A DNA stretch of 64,000 bases. Source: an uncultured Alphaproteobacteria bacterium. GTDB lineage: Bacteria; Pseudomonadota; Alphaproteobacteria; MPNO01; UBA2964. The notes under the pieces were generated by a model. It worked only from the letters and a program-made list of their open reading frames with translations, did not search any database and was not told the origin of the DNA. A program made the position numbers and the translations under genes. Below, piece by piece: positions 9,412-19,733 of this stretch. Location of the stretch: NCBI GenBank assembly GCA_943787225.1, contig CALSLP010000001.1:840964-904963 (forward strand), written 5' to 3'. The number at the start of each line of letters is the position of its first letter. Position 1 is the first letter of the stretch.

Positions 9412-11093
9412 GAGAACGGTAGCCGCAGGATGAAGCGGGCACCGAGCACTTTACCGTGAAAATCCGTCCGGTTTTCTGCTTCGATCTTACCCTGATGTGC
9501 CTCTACTATTTGCCGTGAAATACTCAACCCCAAACCGGAGTGAGTACCGAATTGTTCTGTATCCGGCCGCTCGCTGTAAAACCGGTCAAAGATTTTTTCC
9601 AAACTACCCGGCGGTATGCCAGGGCCTTCGTCTTCGATTGTAGCAACCACCCAATCCCGGTCACGACCAATGCGCACCATGACAAGACCTTCAAGAGGGC
9701 TAAAAGAAAACGCATTGGTGATCAGATTTTGTAGAACCTGCACAACGCGCCCCTCGTTCCCTAATATCGTGAACGGTCCTTTCGCTGTTTCTTCAAACGC
9801 GATTTTCCGGTCACCGTGGCTGCCGGAGGTATGATGGACCTCGACCAAGGCGGCCAACATCCGGTTGAGCTCAATCTTGTCAGATTCATCCCGTGACATT
9901 TCTGCATCCAGGCGTGAGGCATCCGAGATGTCCGAGATAAGTCGATCGAGCCGCTTAACGTCGTCCTGAATGATATCCATCAATCGGCGCTGCTGGTCGG
10001 AATCCTTAATTCGAGCGGCGGTTTCAACAGCACTGCGGAGCGACGTTAAAGGGTTTTTCAATTCATGCGCGACATCTGCGGCAAAACTTTCGATGGCATC
10101 AAGACGCTGCGACAGAGCCTCGGTCATCGCATTCAAATCTGCAGCAAGGTCACCAATTTCGTCATTACGTCCCCTGAATTCCGGTAAGTATCGAACCTGT
10201 CCAGGAGCACTCCTTACTTTATCGGCCGCCGCCGCAAGCCGACGCAACGGCCGCACAATTGTATTCCCGAGATAGACCGACAACAAAACGGTGACACACA
10301 GGGCAACACCGAAAATAGTCAGGATATCGATCCGCACCGACCGCACCGCCTCTTCAATCGTCGAGCCGTCACGGGCGACAAACACCGCGCCTATAACTTG
10401 TTTAAAGCGCTGGACCGGGACGGCCACGCCGATCACCAATCGATCCGCATCATCAACCCGAAGAGCCGACTGCGATACACCTTCAAGGGCCCGGGCCACC
10501 TCTTCATAATCGGCAGCCCGCTGATCCGCCCGCTCCTCATATAAGGGCAAACCTCTGCCAGGGAGCCAGCCAATAATTTTGATATACGCTCGGTCAAAAA
10601 AATTACTGATCGACGCTTCTGAATTCGGCGGCGGCAACACACTCACCGTAATCGAGGCGCCCTGAGGGCCCAAAAGAGTCCGGCTGTCAGCAACCAGAAG
10701 ACCATCCTGATCAAATAACCTGGTACGGTTTTTTGTCGGCGTGACCAGTCTGCGCAACATAGTCGACGCGATAGCCCCTTGCAGCTCGGTTGTACCATCA
10801 GCGCGGGTGCCATAAGCACCTTCGGCGAGAGCCTCGGCGAAAATTTCGCCTTGCGTTCGGAGGGCCTGAACCTCGGAGGCGATTAAATTCTGTTCATAGC
10901 GGCCGAGATACAACAGCCCCGCCAGCAAGATCGCCAGCGCAAGGACATTAACAACGAGAATACGACGTGTGAGAGGCGACAAAAACCCACGGCGGGCAAC
11001 CCGGGCATTTTCGGCCAGCCCCGGATTGACATCCCCGGCCTCCGTTTTTTGACGCCCCTTATCCTCCGCGCTGAGATTGAGCCTCAGCGCCAA
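9408..11093 (-). CDS. chvG: two-component sensor histidine kinase ChvG/ExoS/BvrS family
   Basis: 561-aa ORF with a TM segment, a periplasmic domain, HAMP, an H-box FAADVAHELKNPLTSL and the HATPase motif SGLGLSISRQI. It lies directly downstream of chvI and upstream of hprK. Confidence 0.85.
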   Translation of the reverse strand: MALRLNLSAEDKGRQKTEAGDVNPGLAENARVARRGFLSPLTRRILVVNVLALAILLAGLLYLGRYEQNLIASEVQALRTQGEIFAEALAEGAYGTRADGTTELQGAIASTMLRRLVTPTKNRTRLFDQDGLLVADSRTLLGPQGASITVSVLPPPNSEASISNFFDRAYIKIIGWLPGRGLPLYEERADQRAADYEEVARALEGVSQSALRVDDADRLVIGVAVPVQRFKQVIGAVFVARDGSTIEEAVRSVRIDILTIFGVALCVTVLLSVYLGNTIVRPLRRLAAAADKVRSAPGQVRYLPEFRGRNDEIGDLAADLNAMTEALSQRLDAIESFAADVAHELKNPLTSLRSAVETAARIKDSDQQRRLMDIIQDDVKRLDRLISDISDASRLDAEMSRDESDKIELNRMLAALVEVHHTSGSHGDRKIAFEETAKGPFTILGNEGRVVQVLQNLITNAFSFSPLEGLVMVRIGRDRDWVVATIEDEGPGIPPGSLEKIFDRFYSERPDTEQFGTHSGLGLSISRQIVEAHQGKIEAENRTDFHGKVLGARFILRLPFS

Positions 11094-11099
11094 GAGACA

Positions 11100-11843
11100 T
11101 CACTCTTCGCGGTAGCGGTAGCCAATCCCATAGAGGGTTTCAATATGATCGAAATCATCATCGACAGCTTTGATTTTCTTGCGAAGCCGTTTGATGTGGC
11201 TATCGATTGTACGATCATCGACATAGATGTGCTCCCCATAGGCGGCGTCCATTAATTGGTCCCGATTTTTAACAAGGCCGGGACGCGCAGCCAGCACTTT
11301 TACAATAAGAAACTCGGTCACCGTTAGATTAACGGCTTCCCCACCCCAGGTGCAAAGGTGACGTGACGTGTCGAGAATGAGATTACCGCGCACGATAGGC
11401 GGCTCGACATCATCATCCTCACCGATGGAATCCATCCGGTCACGGCGGCGCAACAAGGCCTGAATGCGTTCGAGGAGCAAACGCTGCGAGAATGGCTTTT
11501 TGACATAATCATCCGCCCCCATCCGCAGCCCGAGAATTTCATCAACTTCATCGTCTTTCGAGGTCAGAAAGATCACTGGCAGATCACTTTGTTTGCGGAG
11601 CCGCTGCAGGAGCTCCATCCCATCCATGCGCGGCATCTTGATATCGAGGATCGCAAGATCGATCGGTTGAGCGCTTAAACCACGGAGCGCGGCATCACCA
11701 TCGGTGAAACTTCGAACATCAAACCCTTCCGCTTCCAACGCCATTGTCACCGACGTCAGGATGTTCCGATCATCATCAACCAACGCTATCGTATGCCCCA
11801 CAGGTACCCCTCCGATATTAATATGTCGTTCCAGCGTATCCAT
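11100..11843 (-). CDS. chvI: OmpR-family response regulator ChvI/BvrR
   Basis: Contains [15 protein letters not shown] ... [13 protein letters not shown] ... and a winged-helix C-terminus ending [11 protein letters not shown]. Start chosen at ATG 11843, which has a GGGAG RBS. GTG 11801 with a GGAGGGG RBS is an alternative. The track start at 11924 looks too long. Confidence 0.85.
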   Translation of the reverse strand: MDTLERHINIGGVPVGHTIALVDDDRNILTSVTMALEAEGFDVRSFTDGDAALRGLSAQPIDLAILDIKMPRMDGMELLQRLRKQSDLPVIFLTSKDDEVDEILGLRMGADDYVKKPFSQRLLLERIQALLRRRDRMDSIGEDDDVEPPIVRGNLILDTSRHLCTWGGEAVNLTVTEFLIVKVLAARPGLVKNRDQLMDAAYGEHIYVDDRTIDSHIKRLRKKIKAVDDDFDHIETLYGIGYRYREE

Positions 11844-12029
11844 TTTCCAGCTCCCAAATTTCAGTGATACTGCGAGATATCGCTGAATGTGGGCGGAAAT
11901 GAGGCAGCAAAAAGGCCATAACACGGTCTTTTTTTCCTACCACACCTCAATATTAGGCCGAATCCTCAACAATTAGGCAATTTTAAAGCGCTATACTACC
12001 GCCTCGTTATATCTTTACAGGATAGGGTA

Positions 12030-12785
12030 ATGTCAGAGAAAGCCTCTCAAAAAGACCGCACGATTGAAAAAGAACTGGGCACGCAGACCAGGTTGCTGGC
12101 ACGATCAATCGATAAAGGATCACTCGCAACGGCCATGCGAGATGACCAATGGCCCTATGCATCGCTGGTTATGACAGCGAGCGACCATGACGGCAGCCCG
12201 CTTTTGCTGATTTCGGAACTTGCCGAGCACACCCAGAATATTCTCAAAGACCATCGCTGCGGGTTGTTGATCGACGGCACGGCGGGTCTCGACACGCCTT
12301 TGACCGGTTCACGTATTACGCTGATCGGAACCCTCCAAAGAACCGAGGAATCGCAACCCTTAGAGCGTTATATCAGGCGTCATACTGACGCCGAAATATA
12401 TGCCGGGTTTGCTGATTTCGCGCTGTACCGAATGACCGTCGAACGCGTCCATATGGTTGCTGGTTTCGGCGACATTCACTGGATAGGTGGCACGGCCTTC
12501 AGATTCAACGCCGATACCGCAGCGGCGCTAGCAGAGTCGGAGGCTGATATCATTGATCATATGAACGATGATCATCACGAGGCCGTCACCCTTTATGCGA
12601 CCAACCTGCTGGGTCTGCCTCCGAACGATTGGCGGTTAACCGGCATCGACCCGGAGGGCTGTGATTTGAGAGCGGCAGGAACCGTTGCCCGCCTCGCGTT
12701 TGACCGAATCGTTCGTGATGCAGAGGAGGCCCGTGCAGAACTTGTAAAACTGGTCAAAAAAGCCCGGAATTCTGGCAATTCTTGA
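12030..12785 (+). CDS. HugZ/HutZ-like pyridoxamine-5-phosphate-oxidase-fold protein with a DUF2470-type C-terminal domain
   Basis: 251-aa ORF. The N-terminal half reads LATAMRDDQWPYASLVMTASDHDGSPLLLISELAEHTQN (PNPOx-like split barrel). The C-terminus reads IIDHMNDDHHEAV. Confidence 0.6.
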   Translation: MSEKASQKDRTIEKELGTQTRLLARSIDKGSLATAMRDDQWPYASLVMTASDHDGSPLLLISELAEHTQNILKDHRCGLLIDGTAGLDTPLTGSRITLIGTLQRTEESQPLERYIRRHTDAEIYAGFADFALYRMTVERVHMVAGFGDIHWIGGTAFRFNADTAAALAESEADIIDHMNDDHHEAVTLYATNLLGLPPNDWRLTGIDPEGCDLRAAGTVARLAFDRIVRDAEEARAELVKLVKKARNSGNS

Positions 12786-12931
12786 GTCTTGTCCATGCTT
12801 TGTCCTTGGGTGTACTGACCGCGCTTATAAGGTTATGTTTGATACGATGGTAGGTTTGCGCTATAGACGCCCAAATCTAGTCAAAAATCGTCGGCAAGCC
12901 ATGTCGGCGATAACATTTTCAGGAGAGTAAT

Positions 12932-14542
12932 GTGGCGGTTATTGGACCTTATATAAGCAGCTTCGGCGTTAGCAATCAGGGACTGACAGGTAATTCGTCA
13001 GTTCATTGGAATCAAACAGCACCGCAACTATACGAAGCGGGTCTGCGACGCAAAGAAGGTGTTCTGTCCATTGATGGCGCATTTGTAACCAAGACCGGCG
13101 AATATACCGGTCGTTCCCCCAAAGATAAGTTCATGATCGAGGATCCATCGATCCAGGACGATGTCTGGTGGGGACCGGTCAACCAACCCCTCGGTGCCGA
13201 CAAGTTTACCGCCGTCCATGCCCGCATGATGGATTATCTCAAAGACAAAGAAGTCTTTATCCAGGATTGCTATTGTGGCGCTGATCCGGCGTATCGCCTG
13301 CCGGTCCGGATCATCACAGAAAATGCTTGGCATAGCTTGTTTGCCCGCAACATGTTCATTCAGCCCGCCAATGAAGAGCTCGCTGGGTTTACGCCGGAAT
13401 GGACCGTCATTCAGGCACCTGACTTCCACTCAATTCCCGAGACTGACGGCACCAATAGCGAAGTCTGCATTCTGGTCAATATTCCGTCCAAGACTGTCCT
13501 CGTTGGCGGTAGCCATTACACCGGCGAAATCAAGAAGAGCATCTTCGGTGTGATGAACTGGATCCTGCCAGCGCTCGGCGTCATGACCATGCATTGCTCC
13601 GCCAATATCGGCGCCAAGGGCGATGTCGCTATCTTCTTCGGCCTTTCCGGCACGGGTAAAACAACGTTGTCCTCTGATGCCACCCGCACCATGATCGGTG
13701 ATGACGAGCATGGTTGGTCAGACAATGGCGTCTTCAACTTCGAAGGCGGCTGCTACGCCAAGACGATCAACCTCTCGGCTGAAGCCGAACCGGAAATCTA
13801 CGGCGCCTCGCGGCGTTTTGGCACGGTTCTGGAAAATGTCGTTCTCGACCCGGTAACCCGGGCACCCGATTTTGACGATGGCTCGCTGGCCGAAAATGCC
13901 CGTTCGTCCTACCCGATCGATTTTATGGATAATATTGCCGAGAGCGGTATGGGTGGCCATCCCGATAATATCGTGATGTTGACGGCTGATGCGTTTGGCG
14001 TTCTACCCCCAATCAGCAAGATGACCGCTGAACAAGCGATGTACCACTTCCTGTCCGGCTACACAGCCAAGGTGGCTGGTACCGAGCGCGGCATGACATC
14101 CGGCGCTGAAGCAACTTTCTCGACTTGTTTTGGCGCACCATTCCTGCCGCGTCACCCAACGGTCTATGCCAAGATTCTTGGTGAGCGGATTGCCAAGCAT
14201 CAATCCAACTGCTGGTTGGTGAATACTGGCTGGAGCGGCGGTGGCTATGGTGTTGGCGAGCGGATGAAAATCTCTCACACCCGTGCCATGGTTCGGGCGG
14301 CTCTCGACGGCAAGCTGGCAACAACCGGTTTTGCAGAAGATTCTAACTTCGGTCTTTTGGTCCCTGAAGGCTGCCCCGATGTCCCGAGTGACGTTCTCGC
14401 CCCGCGCAACACTTGGAGCGACAAAGGCGAATATGACAGCACGGCCCAGCACCTCGCCAAGCAGTTTGAAGAGAACTTCAAACAGTTTGAATCAGAGGTT
14501 AGTGACGACGTCAACAAAGCGGCTATTCACGCCGCGGCCTAG
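12932..14542 (+). CDS. pckA: phosphoenolpyruvate carboxykinase (ATP)
   Basis: 536-aa ORF with GEYTGRSPKDKF and the kinase-1a motif FFGLSGTGKTTLS. It has a GTG start with an AGGAGAG RBS and is divergent from chvI, as in Rhizobiales and Rhodospirillales. Confidence 0.95.
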   Translation: MAVIGPYISSFGVSNQGLTGNSSVHWNQTAPQLYEAGLRRKEGVLSIDGAFVTKTGEYTGRSPKDKFMIEDPSIQDDVWWGPVNQPLGADKFTAVHARMMDYLKDKEVFIQDCYCGADPAYRLPVRIITENAWHSLFARNMFIQPANEELAGFTPEWTVIQAPDFHSIPETDGTNSEVCILVNIPSKTVLVGGSHYTGEIKKSIFGVMNWILPALGVMTMHCSANIGAKGDVAIFFGLSGTGKTTLSSDATRTMIGDDEHGWSDNGVFNFEGGCYAKTINLSAEAEPEIYGASRRFGTVLENVVLDPVTRAPDFDDGSLAENARSSYPIDFMDNIAESGMGGHPDNIVMLTADAFGVLPPISKMTAEQAMYHFLSGYTAKVAGTERGMTSGAEATFSTCFGAPFLPRHPTVYAKILGERIAKHQSNCWLVNTGWSGGGYGVGERMKISHTRAMVRAALDGKLATTGFAEDSNFGLLVPEGCPDVPSDVLAPRNTWSDKGEYDSTAQHLAKQFEENFKQFESEVSDDVNKAAIHAAA

Positions 14543-14567
14543 TCAAGACGGTTACATATTCAAGAAG

Positions 14568-14598
14568 ATAGGCGGGCGTTTTTCCCGCCTATTTTTTT
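14568..14598. terminator. rho-independent terminator between convergent pckA and the ABC permease gene
   Basis: ATAGGCGGG-cgttttt-CCCGCCTAT followed by a T7 run. It is A-rich on the other side, so it may act bidirectionally. Confidence 0.7.
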
Positions 14599-14608
14599 CG
14601 CCTGAGCA

Positions 14609-16243
14609 TTAAATTTTGTTACGCTGAGAGGCATTTATCAGAATCACCGGACCGAGCCCGGCGATGATAATTGTTAACGCAGCGAGGGCGGATTCTTCGA
14701 GCAGTTCATCCTTGGCGAACTGATAAACATAAGTCGACAAAGTCTCATAGTTGAACGGGCGCAGCAGGAGCGTCATCGGCAGCTCCTTCATAACATCAAC
14801 AAAGACCAGAATGCCCCCGGCCATTAACGATTTTCGTAAAAGCGGTGGCGCCAGGACAGCCATGCTGCTGGTAAAACTCCGCCCGAGCACAAAACTCGCA
14901 CTCATAATGTTGGGTGACAGACGATTAACACCCGATGTAATTGCACCATGGCCGACGGCCTGAAACCGGACGACATAGGCCAGGATCAGCAACCCAACAC
15001 TACCGATCAGGATTCCGTTCGAAGCCCCCAAACTGGCGGCCACCTGATCAACGCCGCCCGCAAAGAACACCACACCGATCGCCAGTATCGCCCCGGGAAA
15101 GGCATAGCCGAGGGCCGAGATCGTCGTAAGGGCTTTCAAAACCGGATGTTTTTGATAATGCGTTACCAGAATCATGACCGTAGCGATTGTCATAACCGCC
15201 AAGGCGGCAATCAGCGAAGTTGTGAGCGAATTAACCGTCGCCGATAACAACGCATCGACGTTGGTAATGGCGAGGCCTTTAACAACAAAGCTCAACAGAA
15301 CACCCACCGGGATGACAAAACCCAGGATGATCGGCAGCAGACACAAAACAATACAGAGCGCCGCTTTGCCACCGGAAACCCGGACCGCCGGCAGGGTCGT
15401 CGCCCGGCCACTGGTATTATTGAAGCGTTGCCGGCGTCGGGCACGACGTTCAATGATCACCAGCGCCAGAATAAAAATGAAGGCCATCCCGGCAATTTGC
15501 GCAGCGGCCGTCAAATTGTTCATGCCGAGCCAGACATTGAAGATCCCCAGCGTCAAAGTCTCAACGGCGAAGAACTCCACGGTGCCAAAATCTGACAAGA
15601 CCTCCATTAGCACCAACGCCAGGCCGGCAATAATCGCGGGCCGCGCCAAGGGCAGATCAACAGTGAAAGGCAGGTTCCGATTGTTAAGACGTGCGACCTC
15701 AAAATAAGAGGCCGGTGTCAGCCGAAAAGCGGTGCGCGCCATCAGGTAGATATAGGGATAGAGCACTGAGGCCATGACCAGGATCGCACCGCCCATCGAT
15801 CTTATTTCCGGAAACCAGTAATCATGGGCTGAGCTCCAGCCGAACATGTCCCGCAGGAAGACCTGCACAGGCCCGGCATATTCCAGCAGATCCGTATAGG
15901 TATAAGCAATGATATAGGCCGGGACAGTTGCTGGGAGCAGCAATGTCCATTCGAGAATTTTGGAACCGGGAAAAGTGAATCGCGCCACGATCCAGGCGGT
16001 GACAATACCAAATAACAGGCTGAGGACACCAACGCCCAACATCAGCCAGAGGGTATTGGCAACGTAGCGCGGGAACACCGTCGCCATGAGATGCGACCAA
16101 AGCCCGCCACTATCACCTGTTGCGGTGACAACAATGGCGGCGAACGGGCCGATCAGCAACAGGCTGAGAATTAGGGTCGTCACCGACCAGCCATCGACGG
16201 GATCACGGGCCAGGCGACGCCGGTTCAGGACATCAGCAAACAC
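14609..16243 (-). CDS. Fe(3+)-type ABC transporter permease (two fused MalFG-like domains)
   Basis: 544-aa polytopic ORF with duplicated permease halves, directly downstream of the periplasmic binding-protein gene. Confidence 0.8.
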   Translation of the reverse strand: MFADVLNRRRLARDPVDGWSVTTLILSLLLIGPFAAIVVTATGDSGGLWSHLMATVFPRYVANTLWLMLGVGVLSLLFGIVTAWIVARFTFPGSKILEWTLLLPATVPAYIIAYTYTDLLEYAGPVQVFLRDMFGWSSAHDYWFPEIRSMGGAILVMASVLYPYIYLMARTAFRLTPASYFEVARLNNRNLPFTVDLPLARPAIIAGLALVLMEVLSDFGTVEFFAVETLTLGIFNVWLGMNNLTAAAQIAGMAFIFILALVIIERRARRRQRFNNTSGRATTLPAVRVSGGKAALCIVLCLLPIILGFVIPVGVLLSFVVKGLAITNVDALLSATVNSLTTSLIAALAVMTIATVMILVTHYQKHPVLKALTTISALGYAFPGAILAIGVVFFAGGVDQVAASLGASNGILIGSVGLLILAYVVRFQAVGHGAITSGVNRLSPNIMSASFVLGRSFTSSMAVLAPPLLRKSLMAGGILVFVDVMKELPMTLLLRPFNYETLSTYVYQFAKDELLEESALAALTIIIAGLGPVILINASQRNKI

Positions 16244-16263
16244 GAGGCGTCATCATAAAAGGG

Positions 16264-17301
16264 TCACCAGCCAACGCGATCGATGATGCGTTGTGCGGTT
16301 GGGGCCAACTTGGCGATGGTCGCGATCGGTAATTGATCTGCCCTAAACTCGCCGAGGATTTTAACCTCCCGGCTGGCGTCCACGGCGGCGTTGGCGGGGT
16401 ATTCGTAATTGACCTCGGCATAGAGAGACTGCGCTTGTTTGGAACTAAGATATTCCATGAGGGTGATCGCCAGTTTTTTGTTTTTAGAATGCTTCGCCAA
16501 TCCGATGCCGGAAATATTGACATGATTACCGCGATCACCCTGGTTGGTAAAAACAATTCTGATCGACTCGGCCCATTTATGTTGAGCGGGGTTTTTGTTC
16601 TTTTTCATTTGGAAATAGTAGTAGTGATTCATGATCGCGATATCGCAGATGCCCTGCGAAATCGCTTTGGCCTGGGCTCGGTCATTGCCCTGCGGTTTGC
16701 GAGCGAGGTTTGCGACCATGCCTCGGGCCCATTTTTCCGCAGTCGCTTCACCATGCGCCGCCACTAAAGAGGCCAGCAAAGCACGGTTATAAACATGGCT
16801 GCCTTTGCGGGTGCAGATCTTGCCTTTCCATCTTGGATCGGCGAGGTCCTCTAATCGTTTGATCTCATCTTTGCCCACACGATCTTTTGAAACCGCGACG
16901 ACCCGGACGCGTTTAGAAAGCCCATACCAAAGACCATTTGGATTGCGCAGGTGAGCCGGGATATTGGCTTTAAGCGTTGGCGAAGAGACCGACGTAAAGA
17001 GCCCTTTGTTGGCGTATTGCTGCAATCGTGCGATATCGACAGTGAGAATAATATCGGCCGGGCTGCGGGGTCCCTCTGCGATCAATCTCTGAATCAGGCC
17101 TTTAGAGGCAAACACGATATTGATCTTGGTCCCGGTCTGTTTTTTGAAGCCTTCAAGGAGAGGGTTGAGCAAAAAGGCCTGACGGTGGGAATAGATATTC
17201 AGCTCTTTTGATTGTACGGGCGCAGATAGAACACCCGCTATCAAACCAGCGGTTAGAACAATAGGATTCAGGCGTTCCTTACAATTCTCAAACATCCTCA
17301 T
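16264..17301 (-). CDS. Fe(3+) ABC transporter substrate-binding protein (FbpA/AfuA-like)
   Basis: Signal peptide MRMFENCKERLNPIVLTAGLIAGVLSAPVQS, followed by a type-2 periplasmic binding fold. Start set at ATG 17301, which has a GAGGGA RBS. The track start at 17397 is a TTG inside the Fur-box region. Confidence 0.75.
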   Translation of the reverse strand: MRMFENCKERLNPIVLTAGLIAGVLSAPVQSKELNIYSHRQAFLLNPLLEGFKKQTGTKINIVFASKGLIQRLIAEGPRSPADIILTVDIARLQQYANKGLFTSVSSPTLKANIPAHLRNPNGLWYGLSKRVRVVAVSKDRVGKDEIKRLEDLADPRWKGKICTRKGSHVYNRALLASLVAAHGEATAEKWARGMVANLARKPQGNDRAQAKAISQGICDIAIMNHYYYFQMKKNKNPAQHKWAESIRIVFTNQGDRGNHVNISGIGLAKHSKNKKLAITLMEYLSSKQAQSLYAEVNYEYPANAAVDASREVKILGEFRADQLPIATIAKLAPTAQRIIDRVGW

Positions 17302-17376
17302 CACGGTTTCCCTCATCACAATTTGATATTTTAGGGCACAGGAACCAGTCGGTTTCATGGCTGTTATTTTCTTAAT

Positions 17377-17423
17377 AAGAATGATTATCAATGTCAACTC
17401 GTTTGCGAATGATTATTAGTTTC
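17377..17423. promoter_or_regulatory. two adjacent Fur-box-like operators upstream of the Fe(3+) binding-protein gene
   Basis: AAGAATGATTATCAATGTC (17377-17395) matches 15/19 positions of GATAATGATTATCATTATC. GCGAATGATTATTAGTTTC (17405-17423) matches 14/19. Confidence 0.55.
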
Positions 17424-17542
17424 AGAGAAGGATAATCTTTTTTTTGGCATTAATCGGCAGAAAACCACTATAAATTAGGTCTTCCGAGAATTCTGATTCG
17501 ACAACGAGTCTTGTTTACATCTCCGCACCCACGACATAAGAT

Positions 17543-17561
17543 GCGAATGATTTGCAATAGC
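17543..17561. promoter_or_regulatory. third, weaker Fur-box-like site upstream of the ABC ATPase gene
   Basis: GCGAATGATTTGCAATAGC matches 12/19 positions of the Fur consensus and shares the GCGAATGATT core with the site at 17405. Confidence 0.35.
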
Positions 17562-17642
17562 AGGCGACTTGTCTCCAACAAAATCTGTGTCCGGCATCCG
17601 CAATACACCGTGCCGGTGGTTTGGGAAGTTTAATTAATTTCG

Positions 17643-18809
17643 ATGCTTAAGCTAGAGAGTATAACCTTACGCTTTGATGACAGACCGGTCATCCGCGGTG
17701 TCTCGTTTGACGTCGCTGAAGGCGAGGTCGTATGTCTGCTTGGGCCGAGCGGTTGCGGCAAAACTACAACCTTGCGACTGATCGCCGGTTTTGAAAAACC
17801 GGATACCGGCACCATTACAATTGCCGACCAGATTGTGTCCTCTGCCCGGCAAACAGTTGCCCCGCAAAAACGCGGTGTCGGCTTTCTGTTTCAGGATTAT
17901 GCGCTGTTCCCCCATCTGACAGTCCTCGAAAACATAGCCTATGGTCTATCCCATCTGAACAGGCAGCAGGCTAAGGAACGCAGCTGCGAAGTCCTCAGCC
18001 AAATTCAGATGGCCCATCATGCCGATAAATATCCGCACGAGCTTTCCGGCGGCGAGCAGCAACGCGTTGCCCTCGCCCGGGCACGGGCACCTAGACCGCG
18101 CCTGCTTCTGCTGGATGAACCCTTTTCCGGTCTCGACACCGGGCTCCGCAATAAGCTGCGACGCGAAACCCATGACATTTTAAAAGAACGCGGCGTCACC
18201 GCCATCATGGTCACGCATGATCCCGAGGAAGCGATGCTGATGGCCGACCGGATCATCCTGATGCGCGATGGCCAGATTGTTCAGGCAGGAACACCGGAAG
18301 AGCTCTATACCAATCCGGTCGATGCTTTCGCTGCCGAGTTCTTTGGCGAGGTAAACCATCTCGATGGCATCGCCGAAGGCGACTGGATCAAAACAAAAGC
18401 GGGCCGCCTTCCCAACAGAAATTATCCCGATGGGATGAAACTCGACGTACTGGTCCGCCCCGAATCTGTGGCTTTAAGGTCAGACGCTTTCGACCAGGCG
18501 CTGTCGCAGGAAGTCCGGGTTTGTTCGGTCGATTATGCCGGGAGATCCAGCCATATCCGGCTCGGGATTGGCGATGGACCCGAACCGACAACCCATGTTC
18601 AAGCGCATTACCCAGGGCTCCTGAAGGCCGCCATCGGCGATCACCTGCATCTCAATATTGATCCGGCGCAAGCCTTCACCTTCCCCAAACAGCCGGACGG
18701 AATAATAGGCCCACGCCTTAGACACCGTCCACGACATCGTTTAGTACTGGTAGTCCCTTTCCGGTCGCCAAGACATCGACCGGCATCAAAAGACCAGAAA
18801 CATCGATGA
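17643..18809 (+). CDS. Fe(3+)-type ABC transporter ATP-binding protein (FbpC-like)
   Basis: Walker A GPSGCGKTT, signature LSGGEQQRVALARA, Walker B LLLLDEPFS and a TOBE-like C-terminal domain. The last ~35 aa are Arg/Pro-rich and look out of frame. An alternative frame gives a TAATAG double stop near 18703-18708. Confidence 0.85.
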   Translation: MLKLESITLRFDDRPVIRGVSFDVAEGEVVCLLGPSGCGKTTTLRLIAGFEKPDTGTITIADQIVSSARQTVAPQKRGVGFLFQDYALFPHLTVLENIAYGLSHLNRQQAKERSCEVLSQIQMAHHADKYPHELSGGEQQRVALARARAPRPRLLLLDEPFSGLDTGLRNKLRRETHDILKERGVTAIMVTHDPEEAMLMADRIILMRDGQIVQAGTPEELYTNPVDAFAAEFFGEVNHLDGIAEGDWIKTKAGRLPNRNYPDGMKLDVLVRPESVALRSDAFDQALSQEVRVCSVDYAGRSSHIRLGIGDGPEPTTHVQAHYPGLLKAAIGDHLHLNIDPAQAFTFPKQPDGIIGPRLRHRPRHRLVLVVPFRSPRHRPASKDQKHR

Positions 18810-19733
18810 CCCTGTATTCCGACCTGTCTGCAAAGTTTGACGCCGTCCCGGCACCCGCGCGGGCGGCTTTCTGGATCACTATGGCCGGGCTGTGCTTTAC
18901 CGTCTCGATGACGGCCGTGCGCAAAGTATCCGTCGACATGCATGTTCTGGAATCTGTCATGTTCCGCAGCCTGTTCGGCATCGCCTTTATGGTGCCATGG
19001 CTTATGCGCAAAGGCATTTCAGGAATCAAGACCAAGCGGCTTGGTCTGTACGCGATCCGGGGGTCAGGCGCCTATTTTGTCACCCTGTTTTACTTTACCG
19101 CCGCCTCCCTGATCCCGCTCGCCGATCTCACCTCCATCACCTTTACCCGACCGATCCTTGGCACCATCGCCGCCATCATCTTCCTCAAAGAAGTCGCAGG
19201 CCCCCGGCGCTGGACAGCCATCGGCATCGGATTTGTCGGCATGTTGATCATCATCCGGCCCGGGATTAGTCGATTTAAATTTCGGCGTGTTGCTCGTGCT
19301 CTGCGGCGTGATGTTCCAAACCTGCAACACGGTCATCGTCAAGAAACTGACCGAGACGGAACACCCCGATACCATCGTGCTCTATCACACGCTCTTTATT
19401 CTGCCACTCTCGATCATCCCGGCGATCTATGTCTGGCAGACACCAACCCTGGAACAATGGGGCTGGTTCGCGGTTATCGGCGGCGCCGGGATTCTGACCC
19501 AACGGGCGATGACTCGTGCGTTTGTCGCCGCCGATGCGACCTTCGTCTTAGCGATGAGCTATCTGCGCCTGCCAATCGCGGCCTTTGTCGGGTTCGCCAT
19601 CTTTGGCGAAGTACCGGAGATTTGGGTATGGGTTGGCGCCAGCGTCATCTGTGGGTCGTCAGCCTATATCGCGCATCGTGAATCTACCCTGGCCCGCGAA
19701 CGGCAGCAGCAGGAAAAATCGGACGCCGCATGA
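18806..19733 (+). pseudogene. DMT (EamA) family transporter, one frameshift near 19270-19280
   Basis: Track ORFs 18806-19681 and 19287-19733 are the two EamA halves. The first loses homology after IIIRPG. The other frame continues LVDLNFGVLLVLCG, which parallels the paralog's RPGMVDFNIGIFFVF. Confidence 0.75.
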
